A stretch of DNA of 64,000 nt from an uncultured Candidatus Peribacteria bacterium. GTDB lineage: Bacteria > Patescibacteriota > Gracilibacteria > BD1-5 > UBA2023. Under the pieces are notes generated by a model. That model saw only the letters and a list, made by a program, of their open reading frames with translations. It did no database searches and had not been told where the DNA came from. This document shows, piece after piece, positions 49,206 through 59,449 of the stretch; position 1 is the first letter of the stretch, and every line of letters starts with the position of its first letter. The position numbers and the translations under genes are program-made. The stretch lies in assembly GCA_964655935.1 (NCBI GenBank), contig CAZZNY010000001.1, positions 214,606-278,605 of the forward strand, in the 5' to 3' direction.

Positions 49206-51275
49206 ATGAGTAAATCAATGATCTATCTCAACGAACTCATCCTTACGAAAGTAAGGGCTCTAAAAACAATATCTTCTTGGAGTCGACCACCGACCCTCTA
49301 TCAAAGTCATCAGTACCACTGGGGATGGATCATGTGTATTCTCCTCTTATTTACTCAGCCCTGTTTTTCTACTGAGCCTTTGCAGATTCCCGCAGGCTTA
49401 GACGGAAAAAATCTAGGACATCATGTAGAAATTTTACATGATCCTGAAGGTCGTCTGAGTATCGATGATGTTAGTGTTGGATCTGCTTCTACGCGATTCA
49501 CACCATCATTTTCAGATACTCCAAATCTAGGATACACAAAAGATACTATCTGGGTTCGTCTACCTATGGTCAATTTGCAGGATACGACACATTCCTTTTT
49601 ATTGGAAATGTCGTATCCACTTATGGACCGTATTGAAGTTTTTGTAAAAAATAATGGACAGTGGACTCAACGGATAACTGGAGATCATCAGCCATTTAAT
49701 CAACGGGAAATTCAGTATCCAACCTATCTTTTCCAGGTTGATCTTACCCCTCAAGAAAAAACTGTCTATTATTTCCGTTTCCAGTCGACAACATCTATGA
49801 GCATTCAGCTGTCCGCCTGGGAAAAACAAGGTTTTCTCGAGCACTTCAGTCACGAACTCACTTTGATGGGGATTTTCTGTGGCATCGTATTAGCCATGGC
49901 AATTTTCAACTTTTTTGTGTTTTTGGCAACTCGAGACAAAAGTTATCTCTACCTAGTAATTGTTATTATTCATTGTTTGCTATTTACGACCATTATGAAT
50001 GGTGTGGCTTTCCAATATTTTTGGCCAAACCAGATTTGGTTAGCAAATTATTCACTCCCACTTACTATCGCTTTCTCAAATTTATCATTTTTGCAGTTTA
50101 CTCGGACATTTCTTGAACTACGAGCGAATCAGCCACGGCTTGACTTGCTCGTGCGTATCTTACAAATAGGATGTGTAGGGATCGCTCTTGCTGTTCCTAT
50201 TATTCCATATGAAATAAGCATACGGCTACTAGTGATCATGTCCACCATAACTGTAATAATGATCCTTTTTATAGGAATAATAAGTCTAAACCAAGGATAC
50301 AGAGCGGCAAGAATTTTTTTACTTGCCTGGACTGGTCTTATTTTCGGCAATACCATCTTGTCTTTAAAGGTTTTCGGAATCCTGCCGGACGTCTTTTTGA
50401 CTCGATGGAGTCCTCAATTAGGAATTCTTGCGCTTGTGCTCCTTATTTCCCTTGCGCTTGTAGACAAGCTACATATTCTCAAGAAAGGATTAGAAACATT
50501 AACCACGAATCTCGATAAGACAGTTCATGAACGCACCCACGAACTCGCCATTGCGAATCATGAACTACGGGAAATGAATATGCAAAAAAATCAATTTTTC
50601 GGGATCGTGGCCCATGATCTCAGAAACCCCCTAAATGGTATTATGCTTGCAGCGCAGCTTTTGGACGATGAAGATTATCCAAAAGATGTTCAACACACTG
50701 CACGGCAAATTAATCATGAAGGTGTGGAAATGACGGCTCTCATCGGGCGTTTCCTTGATATCTCTCGAATAGAATCTGGACAGATGTGTGCAGAACCAGA
50801 GGTTTTTCACCTCCAGGAAGTTATACACCATATCGCGAATCGCCATACGAATGGAGGGATAAAAAAAGATATTTCTCTCGTGTTCGTCATGTCGAATACT
50901 CCGATCTTGGTATATGCAGACATCAAGTTCATGAAAGAGGTCTTGGACAACCTCATTTCCAATGCTATTAAATTTTCCCCGCGAGAAAAAATTATCACTA
51001 TTCGAGCGGAGATTACAGGGGGTAAAGCTCAAATTTCAATCGAAGATCAAGGACCTGGCCTCACAAAAGAAGACCACGCAAAGCTCTTCGGACGATTTGC
51101 ACGTCTCAGTGCTCAGCCGACAGATGGAGAAAAATCCACTGGCCTAGGATTATCCATAGTTAAACACATGGTGGATAGTACTGGCGGCCGAATCTGGGTA
51201 GAGAGCGAACCTGGCTATGGAGCTGCATTCCGCGTGGAACTCCCATTACCACCAGATACAAAAGATATAAACTAA
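49206..51275 (+). CDS. 7TMR-DISM-type sensor histidine kinase (689 aa), compositionally foreign
   Basis: Periplasmic domain plus 7 TM segments. H-box FFGIVAHDLRNPLNGI, N-box LDNLISNAIKFSP, G-boxes IEDQGPGL and GTGLGLSIVK. 689 codons without a single TGA. AGGAGA lies 7 nt upstream of the ATG. Confidence 0.85.
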   Translation: MSKSMIYLNELILTKVRALKTISSWSRPPTLYQSHQYHWGWIMCILLLFTQPCFSTEPLQIPAGLDGKNLGHHVEILHDPEGRLSIDDVSVGSASTRFTPSFSDTPNLGYTKDTIWVRLPMVNLQDTTHSFLLEMSYPLMDRIEVFVKNNGQWTQRITGDHQPFNQREIQYPTYLFQVDLTPQEKTVYYFRFQSTTSMSIQLSAWEKQGFLEHFSHELTLMGIFCGIVLAMAIFNFFVFLATRDKSYLYLVIVIIHCLLFTTIMNGVAFQYFWPNQIWLANYSLPLTIAFSNLSFLQFTRTFLELRANQPRLDLLVRILQIGCVGIALAVPIIPYEISIRLLVIMSTITVIMILFIGIISLNQGYRAARIFLLAWTGLIFGNTILSLKVFGILPDVFLTRWSPQLGILALVLLISLALVDKLHILKKGLETLTTNLDKTVHERTHELAIANHELREMNMQKNQFFGIVAHDLRNPLNGIMLAAQLLDDEDYPKDVQHTARQINHEGVEMTALIGRFLDISRIESGQMCAEPEVFHLQEVIHHIANRHTNGGIKKDISLVFVMSNTPILVYADIKFMKEVLDNLISNAIKFSPREKIITIRAEITGGKAQISIEDQGPGLTKEDHAKLFGRFARLSAQPTDGEKSTGLGLSIVKHMVDSTGGRIWVESEPGYGAAFRVELPLPPDTKDIN

Positions 51276-51364
51276 AATCAAAATATCGTCCCACCCGAGA
51301 CTATTGCATTCGCAAGAATCTAACAAATTTTTGTCGAGTACGAAACTCGGGAACAAGAAGGACG

Positions 51365-51395
51365 AAAAAGCTCACCGAATTTTGGTGAGCTTTTT
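51365..51395 (+). terminator. terminator AAAAAGCTCACC-GAATTTT-GGTGAGCTTTTT
   Basis: 12-bp stem plus T-run, 90 nt after the kinase stop. Confidence 0.7.
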
Positions 51396-51618
51396 CTGTA
51401 AAAGAAGTGTAATTTATTCATAGCGAAAACAAAAAAATCATCTACCGTAAAAACATTTATTTATGTATCTCAATCATAGATATACTCTTGATGACATAGT
51501 TACAATCAGACTAAAGTTATGGGACTTTGAACCCATTACATGGAAATAAATTCAAAAAAGTATTGAGTTTGGTTGAATTCACTTATAATGCGACACTAGT
51601 AGAATTAATAGAAAAAGT

Positions 51619-52404
51619 ATGAGCAAGATCAATGATCTAGATCTCACTAACTGGAAAGAACTAGAAGATATCTGGACGGATAGTCTCTGGGTAATTAACG
51701 AACGCGATAAAAAAGGTAAACATTCAAATTTCTATCACGGAAATTTCGTACCACAGATACCAAATCAAATGATAAAAAGATATACAAAAAAATGAGGCTG
51801 GGTGCTTGATATGTTCCTTTGAAGCGCCACAACAGCTATAGAATGTGAAAATCTTGAGAGAAATATCATCTGAATAGATATACAAGAAAATCTTATAGAG
51901 AGAGCTAAAAATCTAATAGTTTCAGATAAAATAGCAAAACATTTTTGAGTCTGAGACAGTGGTAGTAAGAAAATAGCAACAGATATACAGAAAGTTCTTA
52001 AATATCATAAAATCGATTGAGTTGATCTCGTAATGCTTCATCCTCCATACTTTGATATTATCAAATTCAGTGATAAAAAAGAGGATCTCTCAAATACTGA
52101 CTCAATCAATAGTTTTCTAAAACTATTTGGCAAAGTCTTAAAAAATAGTTTTGATTTATTAAAAAAGGGATGATACGCCTGTGTCGTGATAGGAGATAAA
52201 TATCAAAATAGTGAGTGGATTCCTTTATGATTTCAATGTATGTCTGAAGCTCAGAAAGTAGGTTTCAAACTCAAAAGTATCGTTGTAAAAAATATGGAAT
52301 GAAATCGTGGAAAACTCGGAAGTTGATGAATCTGGCGATATAGAGCTCTTAGTAGTGACTATTATATTTTTAAGCATGAGTATATTTTAGTTTTTAAGAA
52401 ATAA
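51619..52404 (+). CDS. SAM-dependent DNA methyltransferase (N6-A/N4-C type, HPPY catalytic motif), 261 aa
   Basis: FVPQIPNQMIKRYTKKGGWVLDMFLGSATTAIEC (motifs X and I), then VMLHPPYFD (motif IV). Frame checked, 13 TGA. Confidence 0.75.
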
Positions 52405-52409
52405 ATAAT

Positions 52410-54119
52410 ATGGATTCTTCTCTCCTACAAACAGAATCAGCAGGTTTTTCTGAAATTCTATGAAACTGAAAAAAATGTTTTGTACCAATTTATCAAAGAG
52501 AATATTCTTGGGAAGAGGAAAATTGGAGTGATCTATGGGATGATATAATATCTTCAGAAAGATATAGTAAAGAACATTATCTGTGAGCAATAGTACTAAT
52601 GAATCGGAGTGATTGACACTATGACTTAATTGACTGACAACAACGTCTTAGTACACTTACTATTTTTACTGCTGCAATAATAAAAAAGCTTGAAGAATTA
52701 GTTTCTTCAAATACAGATTGAGCTGAAAACAAAGAAAGAATAGATGAAATAAAAAGAGATTATATAGGATCAAAGAATAAAATCGATTTGACATATTCAA
52801 GCCATTTAACACTGAGTGAAAATAATAATACTTTCTTTAATACTCATATTATCAATTGAGATATTGTTCGAAATCCTTCACAACTAAAAGATTGAAATAA
52901 ACTTATTTACGATTGTTTACAATTCTTTAAAAGCAAAATTTCTGAATTTTTTCATAATTCAGGCATTGGAACAGATTGATCAAAAATAACAGAATTCCTT
53001 GAAAAAATATTACGCAAATACATGAAGTTTATATTAATCTCAGTCAAAGATGAGTCTAGTGCATACACTGTTTTTGAAACTTTAAATTCTAAATGAGTTT
53101 CACTATCAACAACTGACTTGTTAAAAAATTATATTTTTTCATTATCATCATGATCGATTAATGATCTAAATCATATAAAAATAAAATGGTGAGAATTAAT
53201 AGATAAAATTGGTATGCGTGATTTTCCAGATTTTTTGAGGTACTATATTTGATCATACCAAGATATTCCGGAGAAAAAAAATCTTTATAGAGAAATAAAA
53301 TCAGTTGCAACCGACAAACAACAAGCAATAACATTAATGAATAATCTCTTAAGATATTCGGATATATATTGTGCCTTATTTGATAGTGATGACGAATACT
53401 GGAATGATTTTCCTGAAAATGCAAAAATTAAAGAATATATTAAAACTTTAAAAAGTTTTTGAGTAAAGCAATATATATCAGTATTTTTTTCTTGAATTCT
53501 TAATCTTGATAAAGATGATATCTATAAGCTATTTAATATAATAAAAGTAATTACCTTTAGATATACCACAATTTGATGACAAAACCCTAAAGTTATAGAA
53601 AAAGAATACAACAAAGTAGCAAAACGTATTTTTAGTAAAGAACTAAACACAATTACTTGAATATTTAATTCATTAAAAGATTGAGGAGTGTACCCATGAG
53701 ATGAAATATTTAAATCATATTTTGAAACAAAAATTCTTAAAAGTTGATCTAATAAATCAGTAATACGATACATATTATGAAAAATAGAATGTCACCTATC
53801 TTGAACAAACATAGATTATGATACTTTAACCATAGAACATATTATTCCTGAAAATCCAACAGCACTTTGGAAAACAAGCTATTGAACTACTATATCTGAT
53901 GATATATATAGATTATGAAATTATATTTTACTTGAAAAAGGACTCAACAGCGCTGCGCAAGATAAAATTTTTATGGATAAAAAAAGTATCTACAAAAAAA
54001 GTGTTTATCATCTAAAGGATAAAATTTTAGAGAAAACCAATTGGACACCACAAACATTAAAGGAATATCAAAAATTTCTTTCTTTACAAGCATCGAGTCT
54101 TTGGTCATTACAATATTAA
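52410..54119 (+). CDS. GmrSD-like type IV restriction enzyme (DUF262 + DUF1524), 569 aa
   Basis: FVPIYQREYSWEEENW, IDGQQRLSTL, and C-terminal LTIEHIIPEN...GNYILLEKGLNS. About 25 in-frame TGA. All lines were translated. Confidence 0.8.
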
Positions 54120-54194
54120 AATTGGTACTTATAGTCTGTAGATTTATAGTCGTCATTTCATATAATGGCGACTATATTTTGTTTTATTTACACT

Positions 54195-54395
54195 ATGGAT
54201 ATCAAAACTAAATTCTGAGATCGTGTACGAGACCTTCGTAAGAAACTCTGACTTTCACAAGAAGAGCTTGCCACCAAATGTAAACTTCATCGTACCTACA
54301 TAGGAATTATTGAGCGTTGAGAAAAAAATGTTTGTCTCGAGAATATTGAAATTCTTGCAAAAAATCTTGAAGTTGATATTAAAGATTTATTTTAA
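54195..54395 (+). CDS. XRE-family HTH regulator (C-protein-like), 66 aa
   Basis: MDIKTKFGDRVRDLRKKLGLSQEELATKCKLHRTYIGIIERGEKNVCLENIEILAKNL. Confidence 0.8.
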
Positions 54396-54411
54396 TAAAG
54401 TCATCTCCATT

Positions 54412-55578
54412 ATGGCAAATCACATTTTTACAGTTAATGAGACAACTTTCAAGACTCACTTAAACTACATGTTTGCATGAACAGGAAGCTGAACTTGAGA
54501 TGAATGACAAGAGCACCAATTTTGAGCTCTTACAGATATATTATCTTTACGAGAATGAGATAATATATTGTTTTATGTTGAGAGATATTGATTTTATTGA
54601 GTTTTTAAAGTTAAGAAATTTGATAACGATAATTGCGTATTTTATGAACCCTTAGAAGATCATAAGTATGCTGATAGGTTAAATCGAAAAATATTAACCT
54701 ATCGAGTTTTTATGGATGTAAACGATAAAATCGGTGTTTTTAGGAAATGAATCTCAGAGTGGAACATGATAGAAAATCCAACTAATATCAAAGATTTATC
54801 TATATATAATATACAATGGTCTTGGGTGTTCAAAAAACTAAAATGAAATAGATGATGTTTATCAATACCAGATGATGAGTTCTCAAGTATGGTATCTATA
54901 CTATCTCAAAATAACCACAAACTCCAATCGGGACTTAATTTTGATTTTGACAATGGTATAATAAAACCATTAAATAACCCACAAATAAAATACTGAGATA
55001 TTAAAATCGAAATCACTTATGAGAAAATATATAATTCTCTACAGATCATTCATCAAGAAATTGACTTAAGAAAATTTTTTACCAGTAAAATAGGAAATAC
55101 TGACAGTAATATTTTTAATATCATTATCAATGAAGATGTAAATTTAATATTAAATGAGATTAAATGTTCATTTTGAGATAAAAGTATGGATTTGCTTATA
55201 AGTACAAAAAGTAACGAATGTTACCTAATTGAACTTAAAAATAATTTCGAATATAATGAATCGATTTATGGTCAGCTTTATTGATATTCTAGATGGATAT
55301 CAAGCTACAAAAATTATACAAAAATTTTTCCTATACTTATATTGAGAGCACCAAGAGATGTGACCAATAGAAGATGATCTCAATATTTTAAATACCTTTC
55401 TAATGCCAACAAAGAGAACAATATTACTTCTGATTGGTATAATGAAATCATTACATCGATTAATTCCTGAAGAAATAATTTATTTAAATCATGAGTTGAT
55501 AATTTACAAGAATTAAAAGTGTATTTATTTGACGTAGACGAAAACAATAAAATTACTCAATTTAGTATTTTAAACTAA
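54412..55578 (+). CDS. putative restriction endonuclease: PUA/EVE-like N-domain plus PD-(D/E)xK-like core (388 aa)
   Basis: N-terminal region ILSLREGDNILFYVERYGFYGVFKVKK. C-terminal region DLLISTKSNECYLIELKNN (D...E-x-K). All lines were translated. TAA at 55576-55578. Confidence 0.5.
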
Positions 55579-55581
55579 AAA

Positions 55582-56235
55582 ATGACAAATAATCCATTTA
55601 ATAACTGAACTCAAATCTATAAAATATTTGAAATTTTGTCAGATTTAAACTGGCACTGTTCAGAACATGAGCTTCCAGGAAGTCAGCCAGCAAAAGCTCT
55701 CCAAATGATTCGCCAAGCAGGTTTTGTAATGGAGCAGGTTTGATCAAATTATGAAAAAAGAATATTTTGTGAGATTTGTGGAAGGAAAACCCCACACAGA
55801 AAATTAGTTTCTCTCAAAAAAGAAGAGGTCTCTGTGGAACGAACCAAAACGCTGGATTCAAAACTTAAAGAGAGGATTATTAAATTATTTGAAAATAAAG
55901 ATGCCTTCCTAGCTTATGAACCAACTTGAAGAAAAATAGAAGTTGACCATAGAATTCCCCAGGTAAGATGGACGGATAAAGAAGAAGGCTATATAAATAT
56001 GACAGATGAAGAATTAAAGGAAAAATTCATGTTATTAGTTCGTGAACATAATCTATTGAAAAGTCGAAATTGTGAAAAATGTAAAAGAACTTGAGTTCGT
56101 CAAGAATTTTTATGAATAAACTTTTTTTATGAATGAAATGAGAATTATTTAGAAAAACAATGATGTAAATGATGTGGCTGGTACAACCCGGAAATTTGGC
56201 GCAAATATTTAAATAAAAAAATAACTTGAAAATAA
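55582..56235 (+). CDS. HNH/His-Me finger endonuclease with Zn-binding CxxC pairs (217 aa)
   Basis: CEICGRK...IEVDHRIPQVRW...REHNLLKSRNCEKCKRTG...GCKGCGW. It starts 4 nt after the preceding stop. Confidence 0.65.
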
Positions 56236-56287
56236 TTCAATTTGAATACTATAAGTATCAAAGTATTAAATCACAACCTATAAACCA

Positions 56288-57355
56288 ATGAACTATATTG
56301 GCTCTAAATTGTCACTTTTAGAATTTATCGAACAATGAATCAATTCCATCGTCTGAGCAAGAAATTATACTTTTTCTGATCTCTTCGCTGGTACTGGTAT
56401 TGTTGGTCGTTTTTTCAAGCAAAAATGACACAAAGTAATAGCAAATGATCTACAGTATTACAGTTACGTGTTGAATCGTAATTATATAGGAAACCATACC
56501 GATCTTTATTTTACGAATCTTCTTGATGAAATTCCTGAACTTCTCATATGAAATGTTAATAATTACAAACAGATTATATGCGATTATCTAAATAAACTTC
56601 CAAACAAGTCAGGTTTTATCTATGAAAATTACACACTTTGAGGAACTCAATGAAAAACCTTTGAAAGACAATATTTTAGTGATGAAAATGCGCTCAAGTG
56701 CGATACTATTCGCCAAAAAATCGAGAATTGGAAGTGAAACTGAAAAATAAATGAGGATGAATATTATTTTCTTCTTGCAAGCCTCCTTGAAGCTATCGAT
56801 AAAGTTGCTAACACAGCCTCTGTTTATGGCGCTTTTCTCAAGAAACTTAAAAAATCAGCATCAAAAACACTTAAAGTAGTTCCGGCTGAATATCACTACA
56901 ATGAACAATGACACGATGTATTTAATGAGGATATCAATACTCTTATCGGAAATACGAGTCATGATGTTGTATATCTTGATCCTCCTTATAATCAACGACA
57001 ATATTCTGGAAATTATCATATTCTTGAGACTATCGCAAAATATGATAATCCTGAAATCAGATGAAAAACTTGAATGCGAGACTGTAAGATGCAAAAATCC
57101 TCATATTGTAGCAGAAATGATGTAAAAAAAGCATACCAAGAACTTATTAATAAAATCGATGCAAAATATATTTTCCTGAGTTATAATGATGAATGATTAA
57201 TGACACTGACTGATATAGAAGAAGTAATGTCGTCTCGATGAGACTATGGAGTTTTTAAAAAAGAATATAGAAGATTTAAAGCTGACAAAACAGAAAGTAG
57301 GAATCACAAAAAAGAAAGTGTTATAGAATATCTTCACTATGTAATTATCAAATAA
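56288..57355 (+). CDS. D12-class (Dam-like) N6-adenine DNA methyltransferase (355 aa)
   Basis: MNYIGSKLSLLEFI..., FSDLFAGTGIVG (motif I), VVYLDPPYNQRQYS (motif IV), FLSYNDEG. Frame checked. Confidence 0.8.
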
Positions 57356-57365
57356 AATCCACCTT

Positions 57366-57399
57366 AAAAAATTCTCCAGTTTTCACTGGAGAATTTTTT
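57366..57399. terminator. bidirectional terminator AAAAAATTCTCCAGT-TTTC-ACTGGAGAATTTTTT
   Basis: 15-bp perfect stem between the methyltransferase stop and the tmRNA 3' end. Confidence 0.8.
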
Positions 57400-57409
57400 A
57401 AAATCTTTT

Positions 57410-57872
57410 TGGTGGAGATGGCGAGATTCGAACTCGCGTCTTGAGAGGCCACCCGGCAATGTACTACTATCATAGACCATTCATTGTACTCATAATTATA
57501 GGAAATGGACAAGAGAAATTATGAGAAATATCTTATATACTATGTCTGTTCAAGATACTTACGAACGATAGACAAAGATGAAAAGCGGATACAAGAACGG
57601 TAATTTTTCATGACTCCGGTCAGGTTTGCGATCAGGCCATCTGGCACATCCCACCGAAGCAGGAAATCGCGTTTTACTTAAGCTAAACCACTTAATTAAT
57701 TAAGCAGCGAGAGCAAAAGAAGGAGTAGCAGTTCGGAGTTTTCCGAAAGCACGACCGAGAACAGAATTGTTTGCATGTATATGCGACCGTATTTGATTGC
57801 GGAAGCTACGGACAGCTCCCGGATAGCATTGACGAATGACTGGATCTCTCAATAGAATCCAAGATCATCCCC
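57410..57872 (-). ncRNA. ssrA: tmRNA (ssrA), about 463 nt
   Basis: The 5' GGGGATG pairs with the 3' CATCTCC-ACCA, giving a G3:U wobble. The T-arm is GCGAGTTCGAATCTCGC. The tag frame GCA AAC AAT ... GCT CTC GCT GCT TAA (57774-57700) encodes ANNSVLGRAFGKLRTATPSFALAA. Confidence 0.9.
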
Positions 57873-57965
57873 GAAAATAGTTTTTAGTTTGTTAGGCTTT
57901 CGTCTTTAGAGAAAGCCTTTGAAACCTTGGGAATTATATAGAAAAAACAAAAAATGCAAAATCGA

Positions 57966-57993
57966 TTGATTTTCTATAAAATTACGCTACACT
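57966..57993 (+). promoter_or_regulatory. candidate sigma70-like promoter (TTGATT-16-TACACT)
   Basis: About 50 nt upstream of ATG 58045. Sequence match only. Confidence 0.3.
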
Positions 57994-58044
57994 GACGTGT
58001 CATCTGGGATAAAATGATGACTCTCGAAAACTAACCAAAAAACT

Positions 58045-59067
58045 ATGTCTCAAAAAAACTTCGTAACCCGTTCTCTTTTTGCGATTGTGACGACAGTTCT
58101 CACTATACAGAGTGTTTTCGCTGCAATCACGATCGAGACTTCCCCAGCCCCAGGAATCTATCACGCACCCGTCAAAGTAACTCTCACTCCGAGCGATCCT
58201 GCCGCTAAAATTTATTACAGTTTCAATCCTGATGGTGGACCAAACGACGCACTCGCTTACACCGGACCGATTCTCATCAAGTCTTCGACTCCACTCGTAT
58301 ATTTCGGTTTTGTGACAATGGATAACGAATCAAAAGTGCTTATAGACGACTATATCATCGACTATCCAAGTACAATCGCATTCTGAAGTGATATCACACG
58401 AGAAAATGGAAAACTCAAGAACGTCACTCTGAAAAACACGGGAACGGGCGAAATAGACCTCTCGTATTGGGAAATTCGCACTCAAGATACTACGATTACA
58501 ATTCCGGAAAATACGGTGGTCGCAGCGAATAGCTCCTATACCGTCGGCGATATCAATGTGGCTAATGGACAAAGCATCCTCCTCGCGAGTCCAGATGGCG
58601 ACACGAAAGATATTCTCGTACTCGACGAAGTCGCAAATACCATCATCAAAAAAGAAGTTCCAAAACCTATCATAAAGAAAGTATTCAAAGCAACAGTAGT
58701 TCGTGAGCTTCCAGCTGAGATATGGATTAAGCCGAGATTAGCAGAAAATGAGAAACCACAAACAGTAAGTAACGAGGTCGTTACAAGTGAAAAACCTCAA
58801 GAACTTCCAAGTACTGCTAGTGCGGCTATCATAGAAACAAATACGCCAACAACTCCTGAGATTATTCCAGCCCCACAGACCGACGTAGTTTCACCAATTC
58901 CAGAAGCAATCTCACCACAACCCGAAACTTCACTCGCTGATAATCTCAAAATCTCAGCCAGCGAAAAAACAAGTTCATCACCCTATGCTCCATGGATTAT
59001 TCTCTGAACCGCAGTCTTAGCTGGTGGTATTATGGGAACGAGATTGATGCTAAGAAAGAAGAAATAA
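58045..59067 (+). CDS. secreted, C-terminally anchored protein (CHB_HEX_C-like and lamin-tail-like domains, Pro/Thr linker), 340 aa
   Basis: Signal-like N-terminus, then GIYHAPVKVTLTPSD..KIYYSF and LSYWEIRTQD. The C-terminal TM segment is TAVLAGGIMGTRLMLRKKK. Two track ORFs are joined by TGA 58384-58386. Confidence 0.6.
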
Positions 59068-59077
59068 AAATAATTAT

Positions 59078-59110
59078 ATCATCCCAGAACCCCGCGGCGG
59101 GGTATCCAGA
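59078..59110. repeat. ATCATCCC...GGTATCCAG hairpin element
   Basis: TATCATCCCAGAACCCCGCGGCGGGGTATCCAGAATC. Confidence 0.55.
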
Positions 59111-59201
59111 ATCTTCCGCTTAAATATCAAAAATTCCAAAGAGACATTTTTAAAAGAATGTCTCTTTTTGTTCGCTAAAAAATTATCTCACTCATAACTT
59201 T

Positions 59202-59238
59202 GTGGATGAATCCCTGGGTCAAGCCCGAGGATGATGTG
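59202..59238 (-). repeat. single CATCATCCTCGGGCT element (reverse orientation)
   Basis: GTGGATGAATCCCTGGGTCAAGCCCGAGGATGATGTG. Confidence 0.7.
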
Positions 59239-59244
59239 ATATTA

Positions 59245-59272
59245 TTCTTAATTCTTAATTCTTAATTCTTAA
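59245..59272. repeat. four tandem TTCTTAA units upstream of rpoB
   Basis: Four perfect 7-mers, followed by degenerate TTTCCTAA/TTCTCTCAA units. Confidence 0.8.
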
Positions 59273-59340
59273 TTTCCTAATTCTCTCAATTTCTCAGTCT
59301 CTAAAATCTAAATTCTAAAAATCTATTTTTAATTTTTCCT

Positions 59341-59367
59341 TTGACTTTTCTATATTAGTCCTATAAT
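59341..59367 (+). promoter_or_regulatory. candidate promoter upstream of rpoB (TTGACT-15-TATAAT)
   Basis: Sequence match only, and the spacer is short. Confidence 0.3.
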
Positions 59368-59449
59368 ACCCGCGTTGTACTTATCACGATTGCGTGAAGA
59401 ATGTCGGTAAGTGCGGGTTTTTTAGTATCTAAAAACCTTTTTTGCGTTT

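Noticed and set aside
51276-51618. A direct repeat of the tmRNA 3' end (attL/attR) or an integrase marking the far border of the defence island.
   Set aside because: I found no copy of the ssrA 3' sequence (GATTCGAACTCGC...) and no integrase ORF in the window. The island idea rests only on position and gene content.
59245-59340. The short tandem repeats (also 63058-63085, 34997-35028 and 16127-16150) as a possible CRISPR array.
   Set aside because: The units are 7-8 nt with no spacers, and no cas genes are present. These are simple tandem repeats.
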